Of a stretch of DNA of 64,000 bases, positions 25,078 to 37,738 are shown one piece after another; the first letter of the stretch is position 1; the number at the start of each line of letters is the position of its first letter. The notes beneath the pieces were generated by a model that searched no databases, was not told where the DNA came from, and saw nothing but the letters and a program-made list of their open reading frames with translations. The stretch covers positions 149,420,001-149,484,000 of the forward strand of contig OX597816.1 of NCBI GenBank assembly GCA_951406725.2, read 5' to 3'. This DNA is from Octopus vulgaris. Lineage: Eukaryota. Made by a program: the position numbers and the translations under genes.

Positions 25078-27522
25078 AACATAACTTAGCATTAACAAGA
25101 ATTCTTACCAAGAAATGCAAGGGAAATAACACCAAAACTCAAACTGACAAAAAGTGGAATGAAATGGGTAGGAATAATAAATATTGTTACACAGATCCTT
25201 TTAAGGGATTTCAGTATAAAAATTAAATTTATAACAGCGATGCGGTGTTGTTCATATCGGTGTTGGTAGTGGTGCTGTTGTTTAGTCCAATGTTAGTTGT
25301 AATTTGAAAGGGAGATGTGGTTGGTATTTCTAGCAGGTTGCACGACTGCATATAGGCTTCCTCGTTGGCTCACGATGTCGTTAGTTACAGTACTTAAGTA
25401 TGTTTCTTTCCGTTCTGAGTTGGAATCCCACTGTAGGAAATTTCAATTGTCTTTTCTTTGGAGTTGATATTATAAGTACCAGTAATATACTGAGCCGTTT
25501 CAATCGACTATACTCTGTATTTTCAAAATTTTGAGTTTGTTCTATTTCAGAAATTCATTCAAATTCTCACTTCCATTTATTACTGTAAAGTAGACTGGGC
25601 CATTTAAGAGTTAAGCGCCTTCACCGCTGACACAATACAGAATACTGAATGCTGTCCCTTCGGCTGATTGTCCGTTTATCTATCGATTAAGTCACTGAGG
25701 TTTATGATAAAAGAAAAATACAATGATCACGCACACGTACCCACACATACAAATAGATTTGCGCTGTTTCTATTTTGTAAGAATAAACTAGGTGGTTTAT
25801 TAATAGTTGTTAATATTAAATATATATATATATATATATATATAGCTTAATCAGAGACGGGGCGAGGGCAGTGAATATGATCTTTTATAGAGCCTTCAAC
25901 CCTCGAGACTGGTGAGGGGAAGTTACCCTTAGACCAGAAACTTGGCTTGAATGCTTGCAACTGAGTGGTCTCTGCTAACGGCAGCCATGAGCCAGGGGTA
26001 GTGTTTAAGCAGACGACAGAGTAGGTCTACTGCTATTGATAAAAATCGTAATTGTTTGAATGAGTATGATAAGATTTACAATAAGATACTGTAACTCATC
26101 TAGTCTGGTGCTCTCTCGTTTGCAGCATGTGGAGTAATTTATTTCTCTGGTTGTGACCATTTTTTAAATTATAAATAGACTGTTCTAAAATGTATGTTTG
26201 AAACTACGTAGTTTATATCTTTGAAACAGAGGGTGACTAGGCTGTGACATTTAGTCGGTCGAGCTATCTGTAAAAGTATATCTATTGGTGTAAAAATGTT
26301 ATCTGTCATTTCGCTATATCACCAAGGGATCGGTGGAACTTATTTGAAAATTAAGCAAACAATTAAACCGATTTCGAATATTTGATAGTAGATTATATAC
26401 AAGTGCCCCAGTTCTCAACGAAGATAAAAAAAAAAAAAAGCAAACCCCTCCCCTATTTCATGAATGAGGTCGAAGTGAGAGTACGAAAGGAGGAAATAGG
26501 AAAGGGCTGGAGGGTGAGATTGAGAAGCGAAAAGAGAAAAAGATGGGTAGTAAGATTAAAGAGAGAGGTAACAGAAAGAAGTAACCTAGAAATTGAAGTG
26601 TGAAAGAGGGGAGATGTTATAGAAAAAGCAGAAGGAAGATGGAGAGAGGAGAGATACAGTGTTTAAATAACAAGTAGCGTGTCAACGTCCCATGTAACTC
26701 ATAACAGCTATATGCATTCTAAACTTCAACAGAAGCTGTCCCACAATAATAAAGAAAAGAAACCCCCGCAAAATACAATACGATGACTTCATTTTATTAG
26801 AATTGTTTGGTATACCACCCTCTCCACCATACGAACTGTTTCTGTGTTGATGAATTATGTATATCTATTGTTTGACTGTTTATTTGAAATTTCGAAATAG
26901 TTAATAGGGAAATAGGAAATTGCGGAAAATGAAACTGGATATTTTGTGGAAGTTGAAATTATCAATAATAATATCAACAATAGTTGCTTGATTCTTTGAG
27001 TAGCACATTTATTTATTATTGTTATTCAGTTGTGTTAACTATAACAATGCCACTTTTATTATAGTGAAAGTCTGTATGTGGTTGGAAAGTACAACATCAA
27101 TAACCACTGGGTCACTGGCAAGTTGTCCTGTTTTTGCCTCTTCTGCTCATGTTGTGAAGAGAATCAACACTTAAGCAATAACAACCCTTTCCTTTAAACT
27201 ACTAAAGATAGATTTAGGTCACTTTCTGTAAATTATCCTTGTAAACAAATTACCAAAATATACTTTGTAACATTATCTATTTTTCTCAAGCGCATACAAA
27301 TTATTGCAAATCATGAACTTAATTCACTTGATGACACCCGTCCATAAATCTGAAGCCTTGTATCAACAAATGTGAGAAACTATCATTATTACGAAGCAGG
27401 ACCTTTTAATTCTCTTAGGGTGGAACATATTGGTAGTTCTGAAACACTATCTACATGGTAGATATTAATTGAGTGAAAGCACATTTAATACTTGGAACAT
27501 TTAAAAGCCAAAGTGGGATTCA

Positions 27523-27580
<58 letters not shown>

Positions 27581-28550
27581 GAAACTAACAGCTAAATTAT
27601 GTACAGAGCCTGAAAATAACAAATACACTGCAGCATTTCTTACTTTACTTTTTGATCCCGGCAAAATTGATTTCAACTAGATTTGAACTCAGGATATAAT
27701 GAGCCGAAACAAATATCACAAGACATTATAACCAACATTCAAACAATTCGTCACTCCATTGCCCTTTTTATTTAAATAATAGATAATATTGATTTTTCAT
27801 CTATTTCAGACAAGCTCCAGACACAACTCTGGAGAAGTTTTTACATTTACTGAGAAACTGATGAAAAGAAGTTCGTCCTTTTAAATAATGTTATGCTTTC
27901 CCCCCACCCCCTAGAATTGTATTCCCTTCTGGCCTTGTGTCCTTCCTTCGAAAAATTCCTGGGACCGCGCGTTGAGAAACCTCGGTAAAAGCGCTGGATT
28001 GCTATAATTTGTTAAAATGTTAACGAATGCATTGTTAAGCGAATACATAGAAATGTTCATGACAAATTTTATTTTTAGATTTGTAGATTTTACAGCTTTT
28101 AAACCCAACTGAGACACTACTTCTGTGGGATAGGAGAGAAAGCACACAATAGACTTGGCTATGCTGAAATTGTGCTGCTTGTATAGCAATAATCAATCCT
28201 ATGATAATTTATGTAGATCGTCGAACGACTGGGAACAGTCGGCAGATTCAGTATTCCAGGATTTCACTACATACGATAACACAATTGAGTACGATCGAGT
28301 ACTGCAGGATCTTACCGCACGCTCCTTCATACAGTAGTTTACCGTATGAGCTGCAATTGGACATTCTGAATATTTCCTCTGTCTAGTGTGTCCCTATAAC
28401 TCAGCTGTGGTTATTGTTATATAACACTAGGTCAATCTTTGTCGAAAAGTCGCATAACGAGGCGTGACCCACCGATCCTTTATCCCGTTTACACTAACCC
28501 CGTTTTGGAGCATGCCTAATGAACCCGTGTGGCAGTCTGGACATATTGCG

Positions 28551-28599
<49 letters not shown>

Positions 28600-28601
<2 letters not shown>

Positions 28602-29720
28602 ACTTTCACGTGGCCAATCTATTTGTGTAATCCAGTAGATTCCAGTATTTCTGTTACTGTTCCTCTGTATTTATTGTTGGTGGTATGTATCCCAGCAATG
28701 TTTGGAGTCATTAAGGCTATTGATGTTCAGCTATTTCTTATTATAATCTTTATGCTTATCTAGACTGATGAATTTTCATGTAGTGTCAAGGACTGTGAAG
28801 GCTGAAGCTTGCTGCAGACGGTGCGGTGCAGTGGTTAGTGCGAAGCCAATGCAAGTTTGGCATTTAGTGTCTAGGCTGCGTGTGGATGATGCATAGTTGG
28901 GGAATGTTAGAGAGAAATGAAGGGTCGTATCATCTGCATAAGAGTGGACATTGTTGGATAAGTGGCAAGTGGGCCAGTGATGTATTGAAGGTAGAGATTG
29001 GTGAACAAAACTGAACATTGAAGAACTCCAGAGTTGATTAAGAATTGGACAGAAAGAGCTTCGCCAACACATGCCGTGATGGTACGATCTGATTACAAAT
29101 TACCGATCCAAGAGACAAGAGAGAGGTGGTGCTTGTAGGCGAGAAATTTTGAAAGGATATTTGCATTCCAGATTCTGTGAAAATTTTGCTGTCTTGGGCA
29201 ACATTACCTTCACTAAATTTCTTTTAAAGAGAGAGTAGCATAAGAGAGTAGGTCTCCTGTGAATCTGGCTCTGCAAAAACCGCACAGGTGGTCACTGAAG
29301 ACAGGGATTCAATGTGTTGGAGAACGTCGTTGTTAATAGCTGCCCCCATTACATTCGTGATAGAACTCGGTTTCTGTGGATATAAATAAGGTTGGCAAAG
29401 GTGTACTACAGTGTCTGAAGAATGGTGAGAGGATATGAGAGTGCTGTCACTTGTATAAGAGATTATATATTTCGTGAATATATAAGTTGAAAAGAGTGGG
29501 TGAGAGGACAGATCTCTGTGGTACACTATTCAGGAAATTGCAGGTTTTTGAAGAGTTCTTATGCGACATAAGTCTTGGTAGCTTGGCAGGTAGTTTGTTA
29601 ACCGACTTTCTGTCTTTTTTCTTAAGATGTATTTGAGTATTTTTGTAAGAATGAAGTCTATGGCTTTGCTCATGTCAGTGGTAGTTTGAATGGTATATGT
29701 AAGCGGCTATCGTAGTTAAA
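28600..29720 (-). mobile_element. Decayed CR1/Jockey-group LINE
   Basis: SNNVHSYADDTTLHFS in ORF 28776-29072, plus upstream endonuclease-like remnants. Confidence 0.6.
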
Positions 29721-29723
29721 ACC

Positions 29724-29796
<73 letters not shown>

Positions 29797-29797
<1 letters not shown>

Positions 29798-30000
29798 GGA
29801 TCTTTTCCTTTTGAACGGCAGTTTTCAACACAATTTCTAGTTAACTAAACACTTTTAAACTTCGTATACTGGTAGAATGTGTCAAAATAAAACATTTTTT
29901 TCTCTTGGCTTTCTTGAGAAAATTGTAATTTGTAAGTTTAACGTAGTTTAATTTTTCGAATTTTAACCAATCGATTGCCTCTATTTAGCTAAAATCATTT
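29797..30000. mobile_element. Truncated copy of the ggatctttt-TIR MITE family (second subfamily)
   Basis: gggatcttttccttttgaacggcagttttcaac..aaacttcgtatactggtagaatgtg matches the sequence from 32284 onward. Confidence 0.8.
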
Positions 30001-30719
30001 TAAGTTTGTTAGTAATACGGTGATTGAGTGTAGTTGTCTGAATCAGTGTTGTGGTTTTGCAGAAGTGGATGTGTGGGTTAGTGGTGTCGTTGATTAACTT
30101 TTAAAAAATTTTTGAGGGCGTGCATGAAGCGGAAGATGAGTGACGCTGCTCCACTTAGGTTGGGCTTTAGATTTGTTATAACTTGTTGATTCTGAGAATT
30201 TGAAAATGTCAGTGCATGTAGTTGTTTATCTTAGTGAATACATTTGTGATATATAGTGAATATATCTGGGATTTTATCTTGTTCTGGATAAAGGGAAAAA
30301 AACAGTGATAAATAGAAATATATACCTCTTTTATCATCTTAGTCACCCTTTCCTCCTCCAGTGCCCAGCAGGTCTCTTCATATATATAACTCACAAGTAG
30401 TCCCTTGCTATCCAGAAATTCTGTGAAAAGTAATATTGGTTTCAAATTTTGGCACAAGGCCAGCAATTTCAGGCAAGGGCGTAAATCGATTACATCGACT
30501 CCAGTACTTAAATGGCACTTATTTTATCGACCCTGAGTGGATGAAAGACAAAGTCGGCGGCATTTGAGCTCAGAACATAAAGAACGGACGAAATGCCACT
30601 AGGCATTTTTCCAGGCGCGTTAACGGTTCTGCCAGTTTCGCCACCTTTTCAATGATAGTAATATTGTTAACTCGTCATCAGTAAAGCTTTTAACCGTATC
30701 TAACAGAAAAATATTTTTT

Positions 30720-31560
30720 GCTAAGCCGTATAACTACAGTCTCCATTCGTCTTTAATGTCTTGGAACGGTAACTTTCTGTAAGACCGTATCATTGCAGCA
30801 TGTGTCGATGGGGCTTTCTATCCCACAGTCTAACACCACTGTACCCTCAGGGTCTGGTACTATCTCTCACAGTCATTTTACTGTACATTATTGAACCCAT
30901 TTGCTCTTCTCTCTAAACAAACATTCATGTGCAAATGATATCGTTCACTTCTTCCTAACTGTCTTCATACAGATGTCGTTTATTTGCAACCAACAGCGCA
31001 CATCAGACATGCATTACCTCCATGAACAATGACCTTGAGAACATTCTTAAATCAAGACATGATGATAACTTGCAACAGCACAAAAGCACGATTACTAAAC
31101 GTCAGAAAGAAATAGACTTATATAATACGTCACTGTTTCTTTTCATGAGCAACACAACCAAAATCTTCAAAGTTGCTATAAATTCTGATTCAAACTCTGT
31201 TAATCTTCCATAGCCATCTTATATATGTAATTTCGTCAAAGACATATGTAATTTCTTAAGGACCAGGGAATATTTCAGTCCCAATAAACTGTTGAGCTCT
31301 ACACGGCTCAACTAAAATTCACATCGGAGTACGTTGCTCATATACTTGATACAATGATACTTCTACAAGCACAGACATCTTAGGCGAAATCCACTAAATA
31401 GTACCAGACCCTGAGAGTACAGCAGTGTTGATAGATTGTTGACTGACTCTCCATAATTCACTCACTAACTGCAGTACTGGTTCACAGACGCTCTATTTCA
31501 GTGTTTCCCAACCTATTTTCCTTCAGGTCCCACTATAATTTTCCAGAAAAATGTATGCCC
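30720..31560 (+). mobile_element. Decayed CR1/Jockey-group LINE RT fragment
   Basis: VPQG-like gtaccctcaggg and HSCAND (YADD remnant); the downstream region is heavily degraded. Confidence 0.5.
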
Positions 31561-31759
31561 CGCCGGTGCCTGGAAAAACGTATAGGTGTAGTATAACTGC
31601 TGTAAAAAAAAAAAAATTCACAATTCTATGTCCCATTAAAAAACAAAGAAAAAATTTTGGATGCCACGTCCTACCACAATTTTCCCAGGCTTCACCAATG
31701 GGGCATATGTTCCACGTTGGGATTCACTGCTTTATTCTTTATATTTACTTTTTCTAGCA

Positions 31760-32142
31760 TGACATAGACGTTGCAGGCTTCCTTTCCCAGCTCTAGCCAC
31801 CAAGGCTAGACTGAGAGGACAGTAAAACGCCTGACGATGTGGTAATTTTTCCGTTCCGTGGCGGTAGATCCCTCATCTAGGATGCCACATGCTGTGACAC
31901 TTTGTCTGTCGGCATCTTAGTGTGTTCAGCTACCAGCCCTGGCTCCGCTACTCGTCAGGTTGAGAAAAGTAAACTCTCATAATATCGGTCGCCCTCTGAC
32001 ATCTATCGGAGCAGAGATGGCTATCCGCAAGTGCGAGCTCCGTAAGTCAGAGTGGCTGTTCCAATGCAACTCCCTCGCCGTCCTCCAAGGCAACACCTTT
32101 TCCAGTTTGTCTGCTGGGACCATGAGGCGGTTTGAATTATAG
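31760..32142 (+). mobile_element. CRE-clade LINE 3' fragment (RLE domain)
   Basis: DSKTPDDVVIFPFRGGRSLI*DATCCDTL..EWLFQCNSLAVLQGN, resembling the CRE RPDG..WDATC.DT..QR.S.A.QRGN signature. Confidence 0.7.
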
Positions 32143-32283
32143 TTGAATAGAGAGATATTTGACGACTAAAACTTACTACCACCCTTAATTTATCTGTAAG
32201 CAGTTTCTACTTAGCAACTCAGCCACAGCATTTTATTTATATACTTTAACCACTGCTCCACTTCCTCTATCCATTGAAACATC

Positions 32284-32779
32284 CGGATCTTTTCGGTTTG
32301 AACGGCAGTTTTCAACATAATTTATAGGTAACTAAAAAAGTTTAAACTTCGTATACTGGTAGAATGTGTTTATAAAACATCTTTTTCTCTTAGCTTTATT
32401 GAGAAAATTCTATGGTTTGTTGTTGTTTTTCTTCAATTTCTGCAATTTCAACCAATCACTGACGTCTTTTGACACATTCTACCAGTATACGAAGTTTCAA
32501 ATTGTTTGGTTCAGTAGGAAAAATTTGAAAAAACTGGCTTCAGAATTGAAAAGATCCAAACATTCTGTGCCGTATGAATATGTCCCTCGTTTAAGAAACA
32601 GATTGGGTTTATTTACATCTGTGAAGAAAAAAAGATACCCTTCCCCCACCCCTAACCCTAACTAAACCTAACCCTAAAACAGATTGAAATGCAATAGATC
32701 GAGACTAGGGTCATAATTATGGGTGATAATTTCATATGACACCGCTAGAAAAAACTGCCGTTCAAACCGAAAAGATCCC
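32284..32779. mobile_element. MITE with TIR, (CCCTAA)n and 6-7 bp TSD
   Basis: TIR ggatcttttcggtttgaacggcagtttt / aaaactgccgttcaaaccgaaaagatcc; aacatc(c) duplicated at 32278 and 32780. Confidence 0.9.
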
Positions 32780-34861
32780 AACATCCGAACTAGCTAAAGT
32801 ACACAACCTCTCACTCAAGTTCGTTCCACTTACTTGTCTCTCCTTTTCTTGTCATCCTAGCTTCTTTTTTTTTTTTTTTTTCTTTTCCAGACTTCATACT
32901 AAACAATTTTTTTAATCATTTCCTCCTAGAGATTGTAACCATCTGTAATTCCTTGCTCGCCCACATTTTTCCTGTAAGCATTGACCCATAAATATTCAAT
33001 CTGAAACCCAAACCTTTCGATATCACAGTTAGTCCTACAAAAGTCATTGACACTCTTCATTTGACTGACTTATATTTAAATAAATAACTAAATTGGTGGC
33101 CTTGTACCTAAGTGAGAACTCGGTCGAATTGACAAAAGGGATCAACCCCCTATTTGACGTTTCCCTCGACTGTATATTCTATTTTACGCAGTTTCACGAA
33201 ACCTATATTAAAATAAAGGTTGAATTAGCTTTTAGTGCTTAATTTCATTTATTTATGTTCTGACTTCAAATATCGCCGGGAATCAACTTACAAAATAGGA
33301 ATTACTATTTCTAACAAATATTATTCTTTTTTATTTAATTTTTTAACTTAGACTCAAAGTTATAAAGTTACAAGGAATCTGACTTGTATGTTTTCCCTCA
33401 GAACACTAACACTGGTTTGGCAGCATTTTAGAATCTTAGCTTCAACACTCAGAAGTTTTAAATCCAATCAGGTTTGATTTCGCTTTTCATCTCTTTGTCG
33501 ATAAAATAACTACCAGTCACTCTCTCATATACTATCGATTAATCAACAGTGCTCTTTTCCCAGCTGAGATGACAGAGAGAAAAGAAGGTAAGAGAGAAAA
33601 AAAAGAAGTGGAGAGAGAGAAAAAGAGAGAGAGAGAGCGAGAGGAACGTGTTTGTGTGTGTGAGCGCGCTTGAGAGAAAGAAACTGACAAGTTCACCGAG
33701 AAACTGATAGTAAACATTTTATAGTCAGCCTGTCAAATCTGACGGAATACCAGGCACATTCCATTCAGCTGAGAAAGATGAAATGTGGTCCCGACTCACT
33801 GAGATAAGATTCTGTTGTGCCTTCTCAAGTAATTTTTTCCGTGGTGGAGTGGAAGTAAACTTTAGCTGAGCTGAGTTTACAATCCTTGCTCTCCTTTAAA
33901 TGACAACTCTCTTGCAAAAATTAATAACTGAAATGGAATAAATCTATAAATATAACCACACAATCAAAAGTACATCTAAGTTATTTAGAATTATTGTTCC
34001 TAAATTAAACACAAAACTCGTAGCTTTGAGCGCAGGAGGTTAGACGATACCATTGACCTCAGTGCTTGACTGATACTATTTTACTGACCCTGAAGGGATG
34101 TAAATACCGGCAAAATTAGCCTTAACCGGATTTGAAACCAGGACATATAGAACCGGAACTAATACCGCAAAGCATTTTGTTCGACGCTCTAATAATATCT
34201 CAATCCATTGCCCTTAACATTATTAATAGAATGCCGAACAAAATGCTTTGTGGTATTTGATCCGGTTCTTTATGTTCTGAGTTCTAATGCTATCGAGATC
34301 AGCTTTATCTTTCATTGTCCAGGCTCGATAATATTAAATACCAGTTAAGTACTGGAGTCGAGGATATCGACAGAATATTAACCAGCCGCTCTCCTCAAAA
34401 CAGCTGATTTTCCGCCTCAATTAAAACCAAGTGTGAATAAAGATCAGGGACAATAAAATACTTAAAACCGCCAGTTTTCCACTGACATGTACTGTCGACG
34501 AGGTTTCTACGAAAACCTGTGTCAATAGTGTTTATAAAGGAACAAAAAAAGTGAAAACTGGAGTAATATTCTATCTCTGTAAGCACTGCTACTGTTCAGT
34601 TTGGTGATGGCTTCTGAAAACATCGTTGTGACGACACTATTGAAGATCTGTTCTTCAGCGGTTCACTGGTGTGATTTCTTATAGCTTTTTCTAGAGCCAC
34701 TGGAAGACTTAGAACTTAGCTGTTGAATCAACGAAAACTCTTGTCAGATTTAGAACTGCTGCTGTTTACAACGGTGAGGTACAAGACGGTTCACTGAATT
34801 ATAAGTACAGCCCATCTAAAGGATTTTCACACATATACGTTTCCCCATTTTCCCACACAGG

Positions 34862-35013
34862 CACTAGCGAAACTAGAGTGTGTGTCGCCCGAAGCGGCCC
34901 TTCCGTTTGCCGCCCCCGGACCCCACAAAAAACACATTGCCTACAGCAATAGCCTACAACAGGATGAAAAGTGCCGCCCAGGGCGGACTCCCCCACCACC
35001 AGCTACGCTAGTG
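34862..35013. mobile_element. hAT-like MITE
   Basis: TIR cactagcg/cgctagtg; degenerate 8-bp TSD cacacagg/cacagagt. Confidence 0.6.
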
Positions 35014-35379
35014 CACAGAGTTCAACTTGAGGCCACTTTTTGGAAGTGTTGCAAAGTGAGAACGAACTTAGAATCACGGGGCTGGGAAACGAAATTCTTA
35101 ACCATTCAGTGATGCCTTTGCTCTTATTTATACATCCATAAGGACTTAAACGCAAGACACTAATTTTGTCATCGGTTTGTTCTACAGTGGTTCTCAACGT
35201 TTTCTAATTTAGTCTCCCCTTTCAAGGAATGGCGTTTTTACAAACGTCCCCTCCTCCTAATAGCAGTTTATCTTTATCAAACAGAAGCAATTTTGCGCAC
35301 TTGTTTATTATTTATACTTTCTTAAACTATCCTACCAAATATATGTCGCTGTTTTTGATATTTGCGTTCACTTGTGCCC

Positions 35380-36975
35380 CTAGAAGATTGCCAAGGCCCC
35401 AAGACCGGATGGAATCAGCCCACACATACTTTCCGAGCTATCGGATGTATTCGCTCTGCCAATCACGATTGTCTACAGAAAATCAATGGAGACAAGCAAA
35501 ATCCCAGACGAGTGGAGAACTGCTAACGTCACGCCCGTATTCAAGAAAGGGAGCCGTTTTGCGGCCAATAACTACAGGCCAGTAAGCTTGGCCTGCGTGA
35601 TGGAGGTGCTTGTTCATGAGCACATCATTGAACACCTGCGGTGAAACGACCTCATCAACCAAGAACAGCATGGGTTCACAAAGGGGAGATCATGTGTGAC
35701 ATAACTGCTTGACATCTGGACGGAGGTCTTGGATGCAGGGAGAGAAGTCAATGTGATCTACATAGATTACATGAAAGCGTTCGACAGCGTCCCACATCGT
35801 AGGGTTGTAGCCAAAGTAGAAGCTCACGGTATCGAGGGAAACGTCTTTCAGTGGATCCGGGACTTCTTGAGCCACCGGTCACAACGAGTCTGTGTCAACG
35901 GCGTGAAGTCAGAGAGGGGAGAGGTGACAAGTGGCATCCCACAAGGCAGTGTCATTGGCCCAGTACTGTTTCTCGTGTATATAAACGATCTGCCTCGGTA
36001 TGTCCAGAGCCACGTCAGGTTATTTGCTGACGACACAAAGATCTTCGCAAGGAATGACGTTAATGTGACCATGGCAACGCTGCAAGACGACCTGGATCGC
36101 CTTCACGAGTGGTCGATGAACTGGCAAATGCGGTTCCATCCTGAGAAGTGTTCCGTCTTGAGAATGGGGAACCCGAAGACGGACAGGAAATACTACATGA
36201 GAGGGAATGCACATGGGGAACGGACTGTGGTGGAGCTAGCAGAAAGTGAGGTGGAGGGGGATTTTGGCGTCTTGATCGACAAAGGACTGACCTTCAGGAA
36301 CTACATAAACCAAGCAACTGCAAAAGCAAATCGAATCGTTGGAGTCATCCGATGATCATTTGACATCATCACCCCTGTTGTCTTCGTCCAGCTGTACAAG
36401 TCTCTAGTTGGCCTGATTCTTGAATATGGAAACACAGTTTGGTAACAACGGCATAAGGCAATGTGTTGCAAGTTGGAGGATGTTCAGAAGCGTGCCACCA
36501 AACTCATTGCATCTTTGAAAGAAAAGCCATACTCAGAGCGCTTGGCTGCACTAAACCTACCTAATCTTGAACATCGCCGTCTCAGTGGGGATATGATCAA
36601 CATGTATAAGTATACGCACGGCCTGTATCTGACCAACCGCCCCTAATTCAACTACTTCCAAGGCAGAAATACGAGAGGACACAGCCTGAAATTGGAAAGA
36701 TCACACTGCAGGCTCAACATTAGAAGCTGCTTTTTCGTACAGCGTGGAACAGTCTGCCAAACAGTGTGGTCGCAGCTCCATCAGTCAATGCCTTCAAGAA
36801 CAGGCTTGACGCACACCGGAGGGAGCTTCCTGCAAAATTTGATCCTGTCTGTTACTATTAGCTACAACTGTCGAAGTGTTGTACCACACAGGACAAATTA
36901 ATTGTACTAGTGGAAAAGCACCTGTGAACAAGCTCCTCGGAGCTTCAACACGGAAACCCTCCAGTATCCAGTATG
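35380..36975 (+). mobile_element. CR1-clade LINE, 5'-truncated, RT pseudogene
   Basis: WRTANVTPVFKKG..NYRPVSL, ORF 35729-36355 (DYMKAFDSVPH, SGIPQGSVIGPVLF, LFADDTK) and LEDVQKRATK; tail ccagtatccagtat. Inserted shortly after a Charlie-like cagtggttctcaac end at 35185. Confidence 0.92.
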
Positions 36976-37035
36976 TAAAAGTTTTATGGAAATTATTTTA
37001 AAAGGCAAGGGCCTGTATAAAACAAAAATAATTAA

Positions 37036-37355
37036 CACATAAAGCGCGACGGGCCACGACCGTGGCCGTGAGGCACAGGTCAACAGGCCACGATCGTGGC
37101 CCAGATAGATGCATTTAATTTATGGGCATTTGTTGGAATCCAAGGTAATTCAAACGCTCCGATACCCTCCAAAATACAAGAGAACTAATAGTTCAACTAA
37201 TGACTTTTCAGATGATGTAAAACTTGCCACCATTATATACTAAGAAGATATTTTAACTATTTTTTTTGTTTTTTATGTATGCATGGTAGTCTCATTTTCA
37301 TAAAATGTGCTCAGCAGTCCATGCTATGTAAGTGCAAATTCCAGCGCTTTATGGG
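37036..37355. mobile_element. piggyBac-type MITE
   Basis: TTAA TSD at 37032-35 and 37356-59; TIR c(a/c)cataaagcgc; subterminal palindromes ggccacga.cgtggcc twice (37051-37102). Confidence 0.8.
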
Positions 37356-37738
37356 TTAATAGCGACATAAGCAATTTTAATATCAAATGGCAATTTTTAT
37401 ATATAACTTAACATGGCACAATATTCATGTTAAGTTCGGTATAAAGATAAAATTATATTGGACTTTGGTCCATCATCAGTCATGTTTTCTTCACCGATAA
37501 CACGTCCTGTTCATTTTCTTTTACGTGTTTTCGTATAGCAGTGAACCTGTTTTAAATAGTTTGTCTCGGAAAAACCAGGATTTTTCTAAACACCTTGTTC
37601 CCTGGTTAATATCTGCTGTCCTCCTTGTGAGCTTACATCGTTCTCGAGGGAGCGCCAGCGTCTAATTTAAGTACCACAGGACCTTCGAAACCGGTGAGAT
37701 CGTTACAGTTAACGTTAGTATTGATCAGTTACAGGTCT

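Noticed and set aside
35729-36355. Functional RT gene, retron or bacterial RT system
   Set aside because: Standard CR1 LINE RT fragment with stops on both sides; no prokaryotic context.
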